64,000 bases of DNA, from the NCBI GenBank assembly GCA_903906135.1, contig CAIVJE010000114.1:78-64077 (forward strand), written 5' to 3'. The notes under the pieces are model-generated. The model saw only the letters and a program-made list of their open reading frames with translations. It did not search any database and was not told the origin of the DNA. This DNA comes from an uncultured Verrucomicrobiota bacterium. GTDB taxonomy: Bacteria; Verrucomicrobiota; Verrucomicrobiia; Opitutales; Opitutaceae. The translations under genes were made by a program, and so were the position numbers. Of the stretch, positions 48,564-59,644 are shown one piece after another. Within the stretch, counting starts at the first letter, position 1, and every line of letters begins with the position of its first letter.

Positions 48564-51242
48564 ATGAGCAATCAGCCTAATCCGTTTAATACCTTACAAA
48601 CTTTTGCCAACGGCAAGCGCTTCTACTCGTTGCCGGCACTTGAGAAAGCGGGTTTCCCGATTGCTCGTTTACCGGTGAGCATTCGCCTAGTCCTTGAGGC
48701 GGTGTTGCGGAACTGCGACGGGCAGCGCGTTTTGGAGTCAAACATCCGCGAACTCGCGGCGTGGAAACCCACGGAGCCTCGGACTGCCGAGATTCCCTTC
48801 GTGGTCGCGCGGATTGTGCTTCAGGACTTTACCGGAGTCCCCTTGCTCGTTGATTTGGCTGCGATGCGCTCGGCGGTCGCTAAGCTGGGAAAAAATCCTA
48901 AAATCATTGAACCGCTCGTGCCGGTTGACCTCGTCGTTGACCACTCGGTGCAAGTCGATTTCTCGGGTAGTGCCACGGCCCTCGCCCAGAATCTTGATTT
49001 GGAATTTACCCGCAATCGTGAGCGCTATCAGTTTTTGAAATGGGGCATGCAGGCCTTCGAAACTTTCAAGGTGGTGCCGCCCGGTATCGGGATCGTGCAT
49101 CAAGTGAATCTTGAATATCTCGCGCAAGGCGTGCTCAGCCAAGGTGACGTCTACTATCCTGATACGCTCGTCGGTACCGATTCGCATACGACCATGATTA
49201 ATGGCCTTGGCATCGTGGGTTGGGGCGTTGGCGGAATTGAAGCGGAAGCCGGCATGCTCGGTCAGCCCGTTTATTTTCTTACGCCCGATGTTGTGGGCGT
49301 CTATCTGACGGGCACACTCAAGGAAGGGGTGACCGCAACTGATCTCGCGTTGACCGTTACGCAGGTGATGCGCAAGGCCAAGGTCGTCGGCAAGTTCGTC
49401 GAATTTTATGGCCCAGGCGCCGCGGCGCTACCAGTGGTCGATCGCGCGATGATTGCCAATATGGCGCCAGAATACGGCGCCACGATGGGCTTTTTCCCCA
49501 TTGATGAAGAGTGCAGCAATTTCCTGCGGGCGACGGGACGAACGGAGGCCCAGATAGCCACCTATGAAGCCTATTATAAGGCGCAGGGCCTTTGGGGTAT
49601 TCCCGCGCGGGGAGCCATTGATTACTCGCAGGTCATCGAGCTCGACCTCAGCGCCGTGGTGCCGAGTGTCGCTGGTCCAAAGCGGCCGCAAGATCGCATT
49701 GAGTTAAAAAACCTTAAGCAGGAATTTATCAGCTCCTTCTCTAAGCCCGTCACCGAAGCTGGCTTTGGCAAAAAAGCCGAAGATTTCGCGACGGTCAGCG
49801 CTCAAGTGAACGGTCAGAAGGTTGGCCATGGTTCGGTCCTAATCGCGGCCATCACGAGCTGCACTAATACGTCCAACCCGAGCGTGATGCTCGCGGCTGG
49901 TTTACTGGCGAAAAAGGCGGTCGCCAAGGGCCTCAAGGTAAATCCGGCCGTAAAGTCTTCACTGGCGCCTGGCTCACGGGTGGTTACCGATTACCTTAAC
50001 AAGACGGGCCTGACCCCTTATCTCGACCAACTCGGCTTCCAGACGGTCGGCTACGGTTGCACCACTTGCATCGGCAATTCTGGACCTCTCGCTGCCCCCA
50101 TTGAGGAGGCGGTGGTTAAGCACGACCTCGTGGCGGCTTCTGTGCTTTCCGGTAATCGTAATTTTGAGGCCCGCGTGCATCAAAATATTAAGGCTAATTT
50201 CTTGATGTCGCCGCCCCTCGTCGTGGCTTTCGCTCTCGCCGGGCGAGTTGATATCGACATGGCCCTTGAGCCGATTGGGCAAGATCAGGCCGGGGCGAAT
50301 GTTTATCTTAAAGATTTATGGCCGACGCTGCAGGAGGTGCGCGACCAGATGGCGGCGGCGCTCAAACCAGAAGTCTTCCGTCGACTCTACACTGATTTTG
50401 CGGCGCAAAATCCAAAATGGAATGAAATCCCCGCGACCGCGGGCAATGTCTACGCTTTTGATGCTGCTTCCACTTATATTCAGGAGCCGCCGTTTTTCAC
50501 TCATTTTGCGATGCAACCGGGGCGGATCGCCGAAATTAAAGGCGCCCGCGCTCTCGGTATTTTTGGTGATAGCGTAACGACCGATCATATTTCACCAGCG
50601 GGCGCGATTAAGAAGAATTCGCCGGCGGGCCAATATTTGTTGGCGAACGGCGTCACCTTCGAGAATTTCAATAGCTACGGCTCACGCCGCGGCAATGATC
50701 GCGTGATGACGCGGGGGACGTTTGCTAACGTCCGCATTAAAAATTTGATGTTAGGTGGTGAAGAGGGGGGCAATACCATTGGGCCGGATGGCGCCAAAAC
50801 CTCCATCTACGATGCCTCGATGGCTTACCAGCAAGCGGGCACACCTCTCATCATCCTCGCGGGACAAGAATACGGCACCGGTTCGTCGCGGGATTGGGCG
50901 GCCAAGGGCACCAACTTGCTCGGGGTGAAAGTCGTCGTGGCGCAAAGCTTTGAGCGGATTCATCGTTCGAACTTAGTCGGCATGGGGGTCTTACCTCTGC
51001 AATTCAAGGAGGGCACCACGGCGCAAACCCTCAAGCTTGATGGCACTGAAAGTTACGATGTCGTGGGTCTGACCGCGGCGATCAAACCGCAGCAAGATCT
51101 GAATCTTAAAATTATTCGGCGAGATGGTACGGTGGAAAATGTTGCCGTGCGGTGTCGCATCGATACGCCAATCGAAATTGAATATTATCAACACGGTGGA
51201 ATTTTACCGTATGTGCTGCGACAGATTGTAGCGAAAAATTAA
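48564..51242 (+). CDS. acnA: Aconitate hydratase A
   Basis: [61 protein letters not shown]. Confidence 0.97.
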   Translation: MSNQPNPFNTLQTFANGKRFYSLPALEKAGFPIARLPVSIRLVLEAVLRNCDGQRVLESNIRELAAWKPTEPRTAEIPFVVARIVLQDFTGVPLLVDLAAMRSAVAKLGKNPKIIEPLVPVDLVVDHSVQVDFSGSATALAQNLDLEFTRNRERYQFLKWGMQAFETFKVVPPGIGIVHQVNLEYLAQGVLSQGDVYYPDTLVGTDSHTTMINGLGIVGWGVGGIEAEAGMLGQPVYFLTPDVVGVYLTGTLKEGVTATDLALTVTQVMRKAKVVGKFVEFYGPGAAALPVVDRAMIANMAPEYGATMGFFPIDEECSNFLRATGRTEAQIATYEAYYKAQGLWGIPARGAIDYSQVIELDLSAVVPSVAGPKRPQDRIELKNLKQEFISSFSKPVTEAGFGKKAEDFATVSAQVNGQKVGHGSVLIAAITSCTNTSNPSVMLAAGLLAKKAVAKGLKVNPAVKSSLAPGSRVVTDYLNKTGLTPYLDQLGFQTVGYGCTTCIGNSGPLAAPIEEAVVKHDLVAASVLSGNRNFEARVHQNIKANFLMSPPLVVAFALAGRVDIDMALEPIGQDQAGANVYLKDLWPTLQEVRDQMAAALKPEVFRRLYTDFAAQNPKWNEIPATAGNVYAFDAASTYIQEPPFFTHFAMQPGRIAEIKGARALGIFGDSVTTDHISPAGAIKKNSPAGQYLLANGVTFENFNSYGSRRGNDRVMTRGTFANVRIKNLMLGGEEGGNTIGPDGAKTSIYDASMAYQQAGTPLIILAGQEYGTGSSRDWAAKGTNLLGVKVVVAQSFERIHRSNLVGMGVLPLQFKEGTTAQTLKLDGTESYDVVGLTAAIKPQQDLNLKIIRRDGTVENVAVRCRIDTPIEIEYYQHGGILPYVLRQIVAKN

Positions 51243-51367
51243 ATAGGGTCGGGTGGCCGGATTATTCCCGCGTCCACCGCTGTTGCTACCGGCAACGCCT
51301 CGGCTCGCTCTAGTCCTGTGCAAATGCCGTTTGCGTTCACCTTTTTAGTCACCAAACTTTAGCCCAC

Positions 51368-52624
51368 ATGTCTTCGTCTAGCCCAACGACCCCGCCGACC
51401 CCACTTGGTGCTTTACCTCCACCGGTGGGCCCCGCGCGTTTGCCTGATGCAGCTGGACACTTCGGTCCTTACGGCGGCGTCTTTGTTCCTGAAACTCTCA
51501 TGACGGCGCTGGCTGAACTTACGGCAGTTTATGAGCAGGCGCGGGAAGATCCAGTTTTTCAGAATGAGTTGGCTCATCACCTTAAAGAATTTGCGGGACG
51601 TCCCACGGAGCTTTATCTAGCGGAGCGGCTGACGCAGCATTGTGGCGGCGCAAAAATATATTTTAAGCGAGAGGATCTCCTGCACACCGGAGCGCATAAA
51701 ATTAATAATGCGCTCGGCCAGGCTTTGCTCGCCAAGCGGATGGGTAAAAAAAGAATCATTGCCGAGACCGGGGCAGGCCAGCACGGCGTAGCGACCGCGG
51801 CGGTATGCGCAAAATTCGGCTTAGAATGCACGGTTTACATGGGCTCGGTCGACATGGAGCGCCAAGCCTTGAATGTTTTTCGAATGCGCTTGATGGGCGC
51901 TCAGGTCGTCGCCGTAGAAGCGGGCCAGAAAACGCTTAAAGACGCCGTTAATGAGGCGATGCGCGATTGGGTCACCAATGTTCGCGATACTCACTACATT
52001 CTGGGCTCCGCTCTCGGATCGCACCCGTATCCGATGATGGTGCGGGATTTTCACCGCGTGATTGGTCGCGAATTGCGGGCGCAACTTCTCGCACGCGAAG
52101 GGCGTCTCCCCGATGAATTAGTGGCCTGTGTTGGCGGGGGTAGTAATGCGATTGGCTGTTTTTTTGATTTTCTTGAAGATAAAGCAGTCAAATTAACCGG
52201 CGTCGAAGCCGGCGGCCGCGGCATTGTTCGCGGCGAACACGCCGCCCGATTTGAAGGGGGTAGGCTCGGCGTATTGCAGGGCAGCAAGACTTACATTTTA
52301 CAAAACCCTGACGGCCAGATCGAGTTGACGCACTCAGTTAGCGCTGGGCTGGACTATGCAGCCATCGGGCCTGAGCACGCTTATTATCGTGACCAAGGCC
52401 GGATTGGTTACGCTTACGCCACCGATGATGAGGTTATGGCTGCTTTTCAGCTTTGCTCGCGCTTGGAGGGGATTATTCCCGCACTCGAGTCCACCCACGC
52501 TTTAGTTTATGGTCTAAAGCGCGCCAAGGAGATGAAGCCGGACCAAATTTTAGTGATTAATCTCAGCGGGCGCGGCGATAAAGATGTCCAGCAAGTTGCC
52601 GCGCTCCTCGCAGCGACCAAATAG
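51368..52624 (+). CDS. trpB: Tryptophan synthase beta chain
   Basis: [56 protein letters not shown]. Confidence 0.97.
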   Translation: MSSSSPTTPPTPLGALPPPVGPARLPDAAGHFGPYGGVFVPETLMTALAELTAVYEQAREDPVFQNELAHHLKEFAGRPTELYLAERLTQHCGGAKIYFKREDLLHTGAHKINNALGQALLAKRMGKKRIIAETGAGQHGVATAAVCAKFGLECTVYMGSVDMERQALNVFRMRLMGAQVVAVEAGQKTLKDAVNEAMRDWVTNVRDTHYILGSALGSHPYPMMVRDFHRVIGRELRAQLLAREGRLPDELVACVGGGSNAIGCFFDFLEDKAVKLTGVEAGGRGIVRGEHAARFEGGRLGVLQGSKTYILQNPDGQIELTHSVSAGLDYAAIGPEHAYYRDQGRIGYAYATDDEVMAAFQLCSRLEGIIPALESTHALVYGLKRAKEMKPDQILVINLSGRGDKDVQQVAALLAATK

Positions 52625-52779
52625 TTAGGCTAAAATTTTTAGGCCTGACTGATCCGGCTCGTGTTCTCTGCCGTGGGCTTTTGATCGCGTGGCTCCCTTG
52701 GAAAGTCTGCGAACCTTGATTTAGTGTAAGAGGTGGCCTGGTCTTGCCTCTGGGCCGCTGTTGGCCGTTACTCTTGATC

Positions 52780-53649
52780 ATGAATTCCATGACTGGCTAT
52801 GGGCGGGCGACCGCTTCTCTGGGTAACCTCACCTTGACCGTGCAGATTAACTCGGTGAATCGCCGTGGGCTCGATTTGACGCTGAAGCTACCTGATGAAT
52901 GGCAAGCTTTTGAGTCCAGCGTGGGTGAAGCGGTTCGCAAAGTAGCCCTCCGCGGTAAGGTGCATGTCGAGGTCGAGGTAACGGGAAAATCTACAGCTAC
53001 GGCGGATTGGGACCAGGCGGCGGTCGCTACCACGCTGGAGCAGCTCGCGCTCCTGGCTCAGGCGCGGGGGATTAAATTTTCTCCCACGAGTGAATTGCTA
53101 TGGCAGATTGCCAACGCTCAACGCACGAGCGCTAAGCTTCCAGCAGATGAAGCTACTGCCAAGCTCCTCGAAAAGACGCTGGGCGAGGCGTTGCGTGGCT
53201 TTGCGGCGATGCGCGCCCGCGAGGGCGAAGCGCTCTTTGTTGATTTTATTGGGCGTTTTGAGAAATTGCAGTCGGCCGTTGCGGCGATTGCGCAACGGGC
53301 GCCGCTCGTACCGGTAGCTTATCGCGATCTTTTGTTACAGCGATTGCGTCAGCTTGAGCTGACGCTCGACATTACCGATGAGCGCGTACTCAAGGAGGTC
53401 GCTTTATTTGCTGATCGGTGCGATGTGACGGAAGAAATCACCCGTCTGCGCAGTCATTTCACGCAGTTCATCGAATTGCTCCGCGCGGTGGGTGAAGTGG
53501 GCCGAAAAGCTGAATTCATTCTGCAGGAAATTGGTCGAGAAATTCACACGATCGGCAGTAAGGCTAATGACCTAGCGGTTTCGCGCCAGGTGATTGAGTT
53601 TAAAAATGAACTTGAGCGCGTCCGTGAGCAAATGGCTAACGTCGAGTAA
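52780..53649 (+). CDS. yicC: YicC/YloC family endoribonuclease
   Basis: SMTGYG, SVNRR, RGKV, DVTEEITRL.SH, GRKAEFILQE..RE..TIGSK, E.VREQ..NVE. Confidence 0.92.
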   Translation: MNSMTGYGRATASLGNLTLTVQINSVNRRGLDLTLKLPDEWQAFESSVGEAVRKVALRGKVHVEVEVTGKSTATADWDQAAVATTLEQLALLAQARGIKFSPTSELLWQIANAQRTSAKLPADEATAKLLEKTLGEALRGFAAMRAREGEALFVDFIGRFEKLQSAVAAIAQRAPLVPVAYRDLLLQRLRQLELTLDITDERVLKEVALFADRCDVTEEITRLRSHFTQFIELLRAVGEVGRKAEFILQEIGREIHTIGSKANDLAVSRQVIEFKNELERVREQMANVE

Positions 53650-53695
53650 GCGCCGCTGATTTACGGCTCATTCCTTCGGTCAGCCGCGGGACTGC

Positions 53696-54241
53696 TTACT
53701 CGGCTCGGCCGAGAGCTGGCTGGCGAATCGACCAGAGAATATACCAGAAAACTCCCACGCAGATCGCGGAGTCGGCTACGTTGAATGTCGGATAGATATA
53801 CGTTCCAAAGTGGAGATCGATGAAATCGATAACGTGTTGATAAACGAGCCGGTCGATAAGATTCCCGCAAATCCCACCGCAAAGAAGGCCGAACGTTAAT
53901 TGGCCCGTGGGCTCTCTTAACCCGAGGGCCTGGCGCCAGATGAAAATAGCGATCAGCGTAGCGGCTGCCAATAACGCCAGAAACGTACTTTGGCCCGCGA
54001 ACATACTCCAAGCTGCCCCCGTATTGCCGACGTGAACTAAATTAAAGAAGCCGGGGAAGATGGGGATTCCGGCAGATCCGTAACTGCCCAAGGGAAGCCG
54101 CGCGTTGATCCAATATTTTGTTAATTGGTCGAGGGCTAAGATGAGTCCGCCCAACAGCCAAAATCTGCGATAACCGATTCCACGCAGCAAGAGCGAGGCG
54201 GGTTCCTCGCGGTTATCATCCTGGCTAGGCTGTGCCGACAT
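53696..54241 (-). CDS. lspA: Lipoprotein signal peptidase (SPase II)
   Basis: LDQLTK, NTGAAWS, GNLIDR, VIDFI, TFNVADSAI. Confidence 0.95.
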   Translation of the reverse strand: MSAQPSQDDNREEPASLLLRGIGYRRFWLLGGLILALDQLTKYWINARLPLGSYGSAGIPIFPGFFNLVHVGNTGAAWSMFAGQSTFLALLAAATLIAIFIWRQALGLREPTGQLTFGLLCGGICGNLIDRLVYQHVIDFIDLHFGTYIYPTFNVADSAICVGVFWYILWSIRQPALGRAE

Positions 54242-54267
54242 TGCGTGAAATTCTAGCGACGGGCTGC

Positions 54268-55248
54268 TTACTCGCCGTCGTCATCGCCGCGCGGCATCTT
54301 GCCGCCTTCTTCTTCAGTGCCGTCACCAAATAAACCGCCGCGTTCAACGGAGCGGTGGGAGTGGCGTTCGACCTGTTTCTTGGCTTCGGCTGAGTAGCGG
54401 GTGAAGGGGACCGCGAGCAGACGATCCTTTGCAATCGGCTTCAAAGTGGTTTCACAAATGCCGTAGGTGCCCGCGTGCACTCGCTTGATGGCCGCCTCAA
54501 TTTCAGCGAGGGCCTCTTGTTCGTTGGAGACCAAGCTGAGCGCGAAGTCGCGATCGAAGGTATCGGTTCCGGCATCCGCCATATGTTGGCCGTAACCTGA
54601 CAAATCGCCTGAATCATCTTTGGAGGATTTGAGTAGAGTTTCCTCGGTGTGTTCACCGAGTTGAACGAGCACATGAAGCCGCAGGGCTAAAAGTAGGCGA
54701 TAGTAGCGCCGGTACTTTTCTGGCACATCTTTCTCGTCGATCATTGCCGCGCGAGGCTTACCTTTTTTGGGATTGAAGCCTAAAATATCAGCGAGCGACG
54801 CTGCCTTTACATGGTTTGGTTTGTGCGGTTTCGCGGGATGATTTAAGGCTCCCGTGTTCGCCGTCTGCTTGATCGTTTCGCTCGTTTTGGTGCTCTTGCC
54901 TGCCTTGGCCGTGCTCTCAATTTGGCTCTCATTCTTTTTCGCAATTTCGCGAACCTCATCGAGGCTGAACGCGATGGCCTTCGGTGCGATCTTCCGCTCC
55001 AAGATCATGCGCTTTAATTCTGTGGCGTTCGCGTTTGGCTTATTCCCCTTAACGCTGGGTAGCTCTTTTTTACCTGGGCCGGTCGCAGGCTTGGCCGCGG
55101 TTTTAGTCGGCAATGCTTTAGTCAGCGTCGCTTTAGTCGGCTTTGCTTTTGCAACGGGTTTAGCCGAGCTCGGGGAGGCTTTCTTTGCCGGCGGCTGCTT
55201 CGCTTTTTGGGCTGGTTTTTTAATCGGGAGCTTTTTCTTTGTGGCCAT
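54268..55248 (-). CDS. DksA/TraR-family regulator with a long Lys/Ala/Pro-rich N-terminus
   Basis: Coiled-coil tip HMADAGTDTFDR, EIEAAIKR..GTYGICE..I..RL.AVP; N-terminal KKLPIKKPAQKAK… low-complexity region. Confidence 0.85.
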   Translation of the reverse strand: MATKKKLPIKKPAQKAKQPPAKKASPSSAKPVAKAKPTKATLTKALPTKTAAKPATGPGKKELPSVKGNKPNANATELKRMILERKIAPKAIAFSLDEVREIAKKNESQIESTAKAGKSTKTSETIKQTANTGALNHPAKPHKPNHVKAASLADILGFNPKKGKPRAAMIDEKDVPEKYRRYYRLLLALRLHVLVQLGEHTEETLLKSSKDDSGDLSGYGQHMADAGTDTFDRDFALSLVSNEQEALAEIEAAIKRVHAGTYGICETTLKPIAKDRLLAVPFTRYSAEAKKQVERHSHRSVERGGLFGDGTEEEGGKMPRGDDDGE

Positions 55249-55260
55249 AAAAATAATAAG

Positions 55261-58110
55261 TTAAGGTTGCAGCGCTTCAGCGCACCGCGGGCAAATTTCT
55301 CCTCCCGTGGAGGGCGTAAGAGTGGCAACCCATCGCCAGCAGCGCGGGCAGCGAACTAAACCTTCTTCCCGCGCATGTCGAGCTACGAGGTTTAGACTGC
55401 TGGTGGCGTGGGCCACCAGGGTGACGTGAGAAACGATAAATAATTCAGGGAGGAAATTGCGGTGCTTTTCCGCGATGACCAAGTTCGGGTCATCAGCGGT
55501 GCTGGTCACGGTGAGAACCGCATCCAGGGCTTTACCGATCGTACCGGCTTGGCGCAGGGGTTCGAGCGTCTCGTTCACCTTAGTGCGGAGCTGTAATAAA
55601 GTGCTCATATCCGACTCGATGCCGGCATCGCGCCAGCCGACGGGAATCGCGGGCCAGTCCTGCAAGTGAATGGAATCAGGCGAGAATTCCTGACCCGTTG
55701 TGCCGAAATTCCAGGCTTCATCAGCGGTGAAGGTGAGGAAGGGCGCCAGCAGCTTCACGAGACTTTGAAAAATATGGTGGAGGGCGGTTTGCGCTGAGCG
55801 CCGCAAGGGATGGTTAGTGCCGAGCGTGTACAACCGATCCTTCAGTACGTCGTGATAAGTGGCCGAGAGAGTTACCGCACAAAATTGATTACAGAGTTGG
55901 TAGACGCGGTGAAATTCATAGGCATCGTAAGCTTTCGTGCATTCAGCAATCAGCCCAGCGGTTTGGTGGAGCGCCCACCGATCAAGGAGATCCATTTGCG
56001 CGAGAGGAACCGCATTCAGGTCCGCGGCAAAGTCGAAGAGGTTAGAGAGCTGGAAACGAAAAGTATTCCGGAATAGCCGATAGGCTTCGCCGACATTCTT
56101 TAGGATTTCGTCATCAACGGGAATGTCATCACGGAAATCCTGCGAGGCAATCCAGAGCCGAATGACATCGGCACCATGCTGCGCGATATAAGCATCTGCG
56201 GTCTGAGGTTTTTGATAGGTGCTGCTCTTCGAGATTTTTTGCCGATCTTTGTCGACGATAAAGCCGTGGGTGAGGACTGCCTTGTAGGGTGCGCTGCCCC
56301 AAGCAATCACGCTGCACCAGAGCGATGATTGAAACCAACCGCGGTGTTGGTCGCTGCCTTCGAGGTAAAGATCGGCCGGCCACTGGGTGCCACCTTGGCC
56401 ACGTTTAAGTACGGCGGATTGCGTTGAACCTGAGTCAATCCAGACATCTAAGGTATCGCGCCCGCAGCTCAGTTCACTGGGTGCCGGCCACGTTGCGGGG
56501 AGCGTCACCCCTTCGAGAATCTGCGCGGGGGTGGCATCGTACCAAAAATTAGTTCCCCGTTGAGCGACTTTGTCGGCGACGGCTCGCGCGACGCCGGCAT
56601 CGAGAAAGGCTTTTTTGTGGGCATCGTAAAACGCGGGAATCGGCACACCCCACGAGCGTTGTCGGCTGATGCACCAGTCAGGTCGCGACTCGACGGCGCC
56701 GCGAATGCGGGCTTCACCCCAAGCGGGAATCCAGCCTTGGGCGGCAGCAATCTTGGTGATTTCAGCCAGCGCAGTTTGTCGCATGTTATTTTTATCGAGC
56801 GAAACAAACCATTGATCCACGGCGCGGAAAATAATGGGCGTCTTGGAGCGCCAGCAATGCGGGTAACTGTGCGCGTATTTTACTTTGGCCAAGAGCGCGC
56901 CGGCGGCCGCGAGTTTTTTAAGTACGCCAAGATTAGCGGGGGCAGGACGTTTTGCGGCGAGATCCTCGACCGTCTCAAGTGTGGTCAGGCCGACCAAATC
57001 TGCGGGGACCTTGCCGTCGTCGAGGTATTTGCCGTCATCACCAACGGGGCAGTAAATTTCTAATTTGTATTTTAGTCCCGTAAGATAGTCATCCGCGCCA
57101 TGGCCCGGGGCAGTGTGCACTGCACCTGTGCCGCTTTCGGTTGTGACGTAGTCGGCGAGGACGACGGGTGAGGCGCGATCGATGAAGGGATGGCGCGGTT
57201 GGAGGTGCTCAAGTTTGGCCCCAGGTATAGTCAGCACGACCGCGGGCATGGGCTCGATTTTAGCCGCCACCGCGACTGCGCCGAGGAGCGCGGCGGCGAC
57301 GATCAGGCGTTCTGTCCCGGTATCTGCCACGACGTAGTCAACGTCCGGATGCAGGGCGATCGCCATGTTTGCTGGGATCGTCCATGGGGTGGTCGTCCAG
57401 ATAACGACGAAGAGTGGTTTGTCAGTTGGCAGGCCGAATTTTGTCGCTTCGGCAGTTGGGACAGAAAATTTTACCCAAATCGCAATCGAGGTATGATCTT
57501 TATATTCAATCTCAGCTTCCGCTAACGCCGTTTCGAAGGGAATGGACCAATAGACTGGTTTCTTGCTGCGGTAGACGAGCCCTTGTTCAATGAACGCCGC
57601 AAACGTACGCATGATGTCCGCTTCAAAAGCGGGGGCCTTGGTCTTGTACTCGTTTTGCCAATCAGCGAGTACCCCCATGCGTTTGAACTGTGCGGTCTGT
57701 TTAGCGATCCAGCTTTCCGAAAAGGCATCGCACTGCGCGCGCAACTCAGCCGTCGTTACGGTCTGTTTTTTTTCCTGCAATTCGCGGGCAACTTTTTGCT
57801 CAATCGGTAGGCCATGACAATCCCAGCCCGGCACGTATGGCGTGCGAAAGCCGCGCATGGATTTATAGCGATTAACGATATCCTTGAGCGTTTTATTGAG
57901 GGCGGTGCCAATGTGGACGTCCCCGTTGGTAAACGGCGGGCCGTCATGGAGAATAAAAGCAGGGGCCGTCGCGCGCTTAGCCTGGATCGCTTGGTAAAGG
58001 CCGTTTTTTTCCCAGTAGGCCACTCGTGCTGGTTCACGCTGCACCAGATTTGCCCGCATGGGAAAATCAGTTTTGGGTAACAGGAGAGTGTCTTTGAGAT
58101 CTTGCGCCAT
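55261..58110 (-). CDS. ileS: Isoleucine--tRNA ligase (type 1)
   Basis: LPKTDFPMRA, LHDGPP, GWDCHGLP, WTTTPWT, DWCISRQR, EGSDQHRGWF, C-terminal CPRC…CPRC Zn finger; ATG at 58110. Confidence 0.97.
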   Translation of the reverse strand: MAQDLKDTLLLPKTDFPMRANLVQREPARVAYWEKNGLYQAIQAKRATAPAFILHDGPPFTNGDVHIGTALNKTLKDIVNRYKSMRGFRTPYVPGWDCHGLPIEQKVARELQEKKQTVTTAELRAQCDAFSESWIAKQTAQFKRMGVLADWQNEYKTKAPAFEADIMRTFAAFIEQGLVYRSKKPVYWSIPFETALAEAEIEYKDHTSIAIWVKFSVPTAEATKFGLPTDKPLFVVIWTTTPWTIPANMAIALHPDVDYVVADTGTERLIVAAALLGAVAVAAKIEPMPAVVLTIPGAKLEHLQPRHPFIDRASPVVLADYVTTESGTGAVHTAPGHGADDYLTGLKYKLEIYCPVGDDGKYLDDGKVPADLVGLTTLETVEDLAAKRPAPANLGVLKKLAAAGALLAKVKYAHSYPHCWRSKTPIIFRAVDQWFVSLDKNNMRQTALAEITKIAAAQGWIPAWGEARIRGAVESRPDWCISRQRSWGVPIPAFYDAHKKAFLDAGVARAVADKVAQRGTNFWYDATPAQILEGVTLPATWPAPSELSCGRDTLDVWIDSGSTQSAVLKRGQGGTQWPADLYLEGSDQHRGWFQSSLWCSVIAWGSAPYKAVLTHGFIVDKDRQKISKSSTYQKPQTADAYIAQHGADVIRLWIASQDFRDDIPVDDEILKNVGEAYRLFRNTFRFQLSNLFDFAADLNAVPLAQMDLLDRWALHQTAGLIAECTKAYDAYEFHRVYQLCNQFCAVTLSATYHDVLKDRLYTLGTNHPLRRSAQTALHHIFQSLVKLLAPFLTFTADEAWNFGTTGQEFSPDSIHLQDWPAIPVGWRDAGIESDMSTLLQLRTKVNETLEPLRQAGTIGKALDAVLTVTSTADDPNLVIAEKHRNFLPELFIVSHVTLVAHATSSLNLVARHAREEGLVRCPRCWRWVATLTPSTGGEICPRCAEALQP

Positions 58111-58184
58111 AGGAATAAAGGCGCGGCAGGCTACCCAACCAAGGGGGGTAGTCAAGTGGCTAGACGGGGCACTCTAACGGGCGC

Positions 58185-59567
58185 TTATTTTGACAGAAAA
58201 TCGCTGGCTTTCTTGGCCATTTTTTCACCCGATTTAAGACAATCCTGGAGGGAAATCCCATCGCGAACGTTGCCGCCAATGAAAAGACCGGCATGGGCCT
58301 CTTCGATTTGGTCGAGGGCAGTCAGATAGCGTTCATAACCGATACTATATTGGGGGATAGCCCGAGGCCAGTAGGTATGTTTTACGAATTGAGGCGGAGT
58401 GGTAATCCCCACGAGCTCTCGTAAATCTAGGCCGATGCGAGCGAGGAGCTCGTCGGTGTTGAGTTGCGCGATGTCTGGTTGACGCAAGCCTCCGGCAAAG
58501 ACGGTTAGCCCGATGTGGCCAGCGGGGGCACGTGCGGGGAAGAGGGTCGAAGAAAATAAAATGCCGAGCACGGAGCGATGTTCCACGGCCGGCACGAGCC
58601 CGCCGAAGCCGTCCAACGCATGGCCCACTTGTTCGCGTCGGTAGCCGAGAAAAAGCGATGAAACTGGGGGTTGGGTAATCTCGTTGAGGAGGGCGAGGGG
58701 GCGTGCCGCCGCCGGTCCAAAAGAGAGTTGCGCCAAGCTGGTGGCGGGCAGGGCGAGGAGCACGAGATCAAATTCCGCCGTGTGGGCTGCGCCCAATTGC
58801 TGCCAATTGAGCCGGTGGGGCCGACCAGGCTGGATGGACTCGAGGGTTGCGTTAAGGTGGATTGCCCCCGCCGGTAACTTTGCCGCGAGGGTGTCGGTGA
58901 GGGTTTGTAGTCCCCCTTTGAAAGAAACGATGGGGGCGGCACCTGATTCACCGCGGGCCTTTTTAGCCTTAGCGTTGGCCAGCATGCCGCGGAGCAGGGA
59001 ACCGTGGGAGCGTTCGGCCTCCCACAAAGCGGGAAAGGCGTGGCGAACGGAGAGTTTTTCCGGATCTCCCGCATAAATACCGGCGATCAGTGGGTTGAGG
59101 GCGTAGTCGACTAATTCTTGCGTAAAATGTGAACGCACTAATTCCGCCAAACTCACATCAGTCGGACGCACCTGCGCGCGCTTGAGCATTTCGGAGAAAA
59201 TTGCGCATTTCGTTCGAAAGGAAAATAGGGGTGTGCGGAAAAAAGAAAGTGGCGACATCGGCACGGGGACAAATTTCCCGCCGCGCACAATAAATCGTTT
59301 TTTAGCAGCGGCATTGGCGATTTGTAGATCGGCTTCAAGACCGACATCTTTGATTAATTGGCGGACCTCATTGGAGCCCAATTGGAGAGAGTTCGGGCCG
59401 CCCTCGATCACATAGCCATTCTCGCGCAGCGTTCGGATCGCGCCACCCGTTTGGGGCGATTGTTCAAATACTTTTACGGTATAACCCCGTTGGCTTAATC
59501 GGTAAGCTGCAGTTAGTCCGGTGATGCCGGCTCCGATAATCGCGATCGTGGGTGATGCTGGTGACAT
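58185..59567 (-). CDS. hemY: HemY-type protoporphyrinogen/coproporphyrinogen oxidase (FAD)
   Basis: IIGAGITGLTAAY, GPNS, GIYAGDP..LS, AFP, W..AIPQY; downstream of hemF-hemE. Confidence 0.9.
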   Translation of the reverse strand: MSPASPTIAIIGAGITGLTAAYRLSQRGYTVKVFEQSPQTGGAIRTLRENGYVIEGGPNSLQLGSNEVRQLIKDVGLEADLQIANAAAKKRFIVRGGKFVPVPMSPLSFFRTPLFSFRTKCAIFSEMLKRAQVRPTDVSLAELVRSHFTQELVDYALNPLIAGIYAGDPEKLSVRHAFPALWEAERSHGSLLRGMLANAKAKKARGESGAAPIVSFKGGLQTLTDTLAAKLPAGAIHLNATLESIQPGRPHRLNWQQLGAAHTAEFDLVLLALPATSLAQLSFGPAAARPLALLNEITQPPVSSLFLGYRREQVGHALDGFGGLVPAVEHRSVLGILFSSTLFPARAPAGHIGLTVFAGGLRQPDIAQLNTDELLARIGLDLRELVGITTPPQFVKHTYWPRAIPQYSIGYERYLTALDQIEEAHAGLFIGGNVRDGISLQDCLKSGEKMAKKASDFLSK

Positions 59568-59644
59568 GGTGATGGTGGGTGGATTGGATTATACGCAGAG
59601 ATCAGATGACTGGCTGCGCATATCTTGCCCGTTACTGCGCCCAG

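Noticed and set aside
51368..52624. trpB without adjacent trpA as a stand-alone TrpB2
   Set aside because: The motifs are those of ordinary TrpB1, and scattered trp genes are common; trpA is probably elsewhere.
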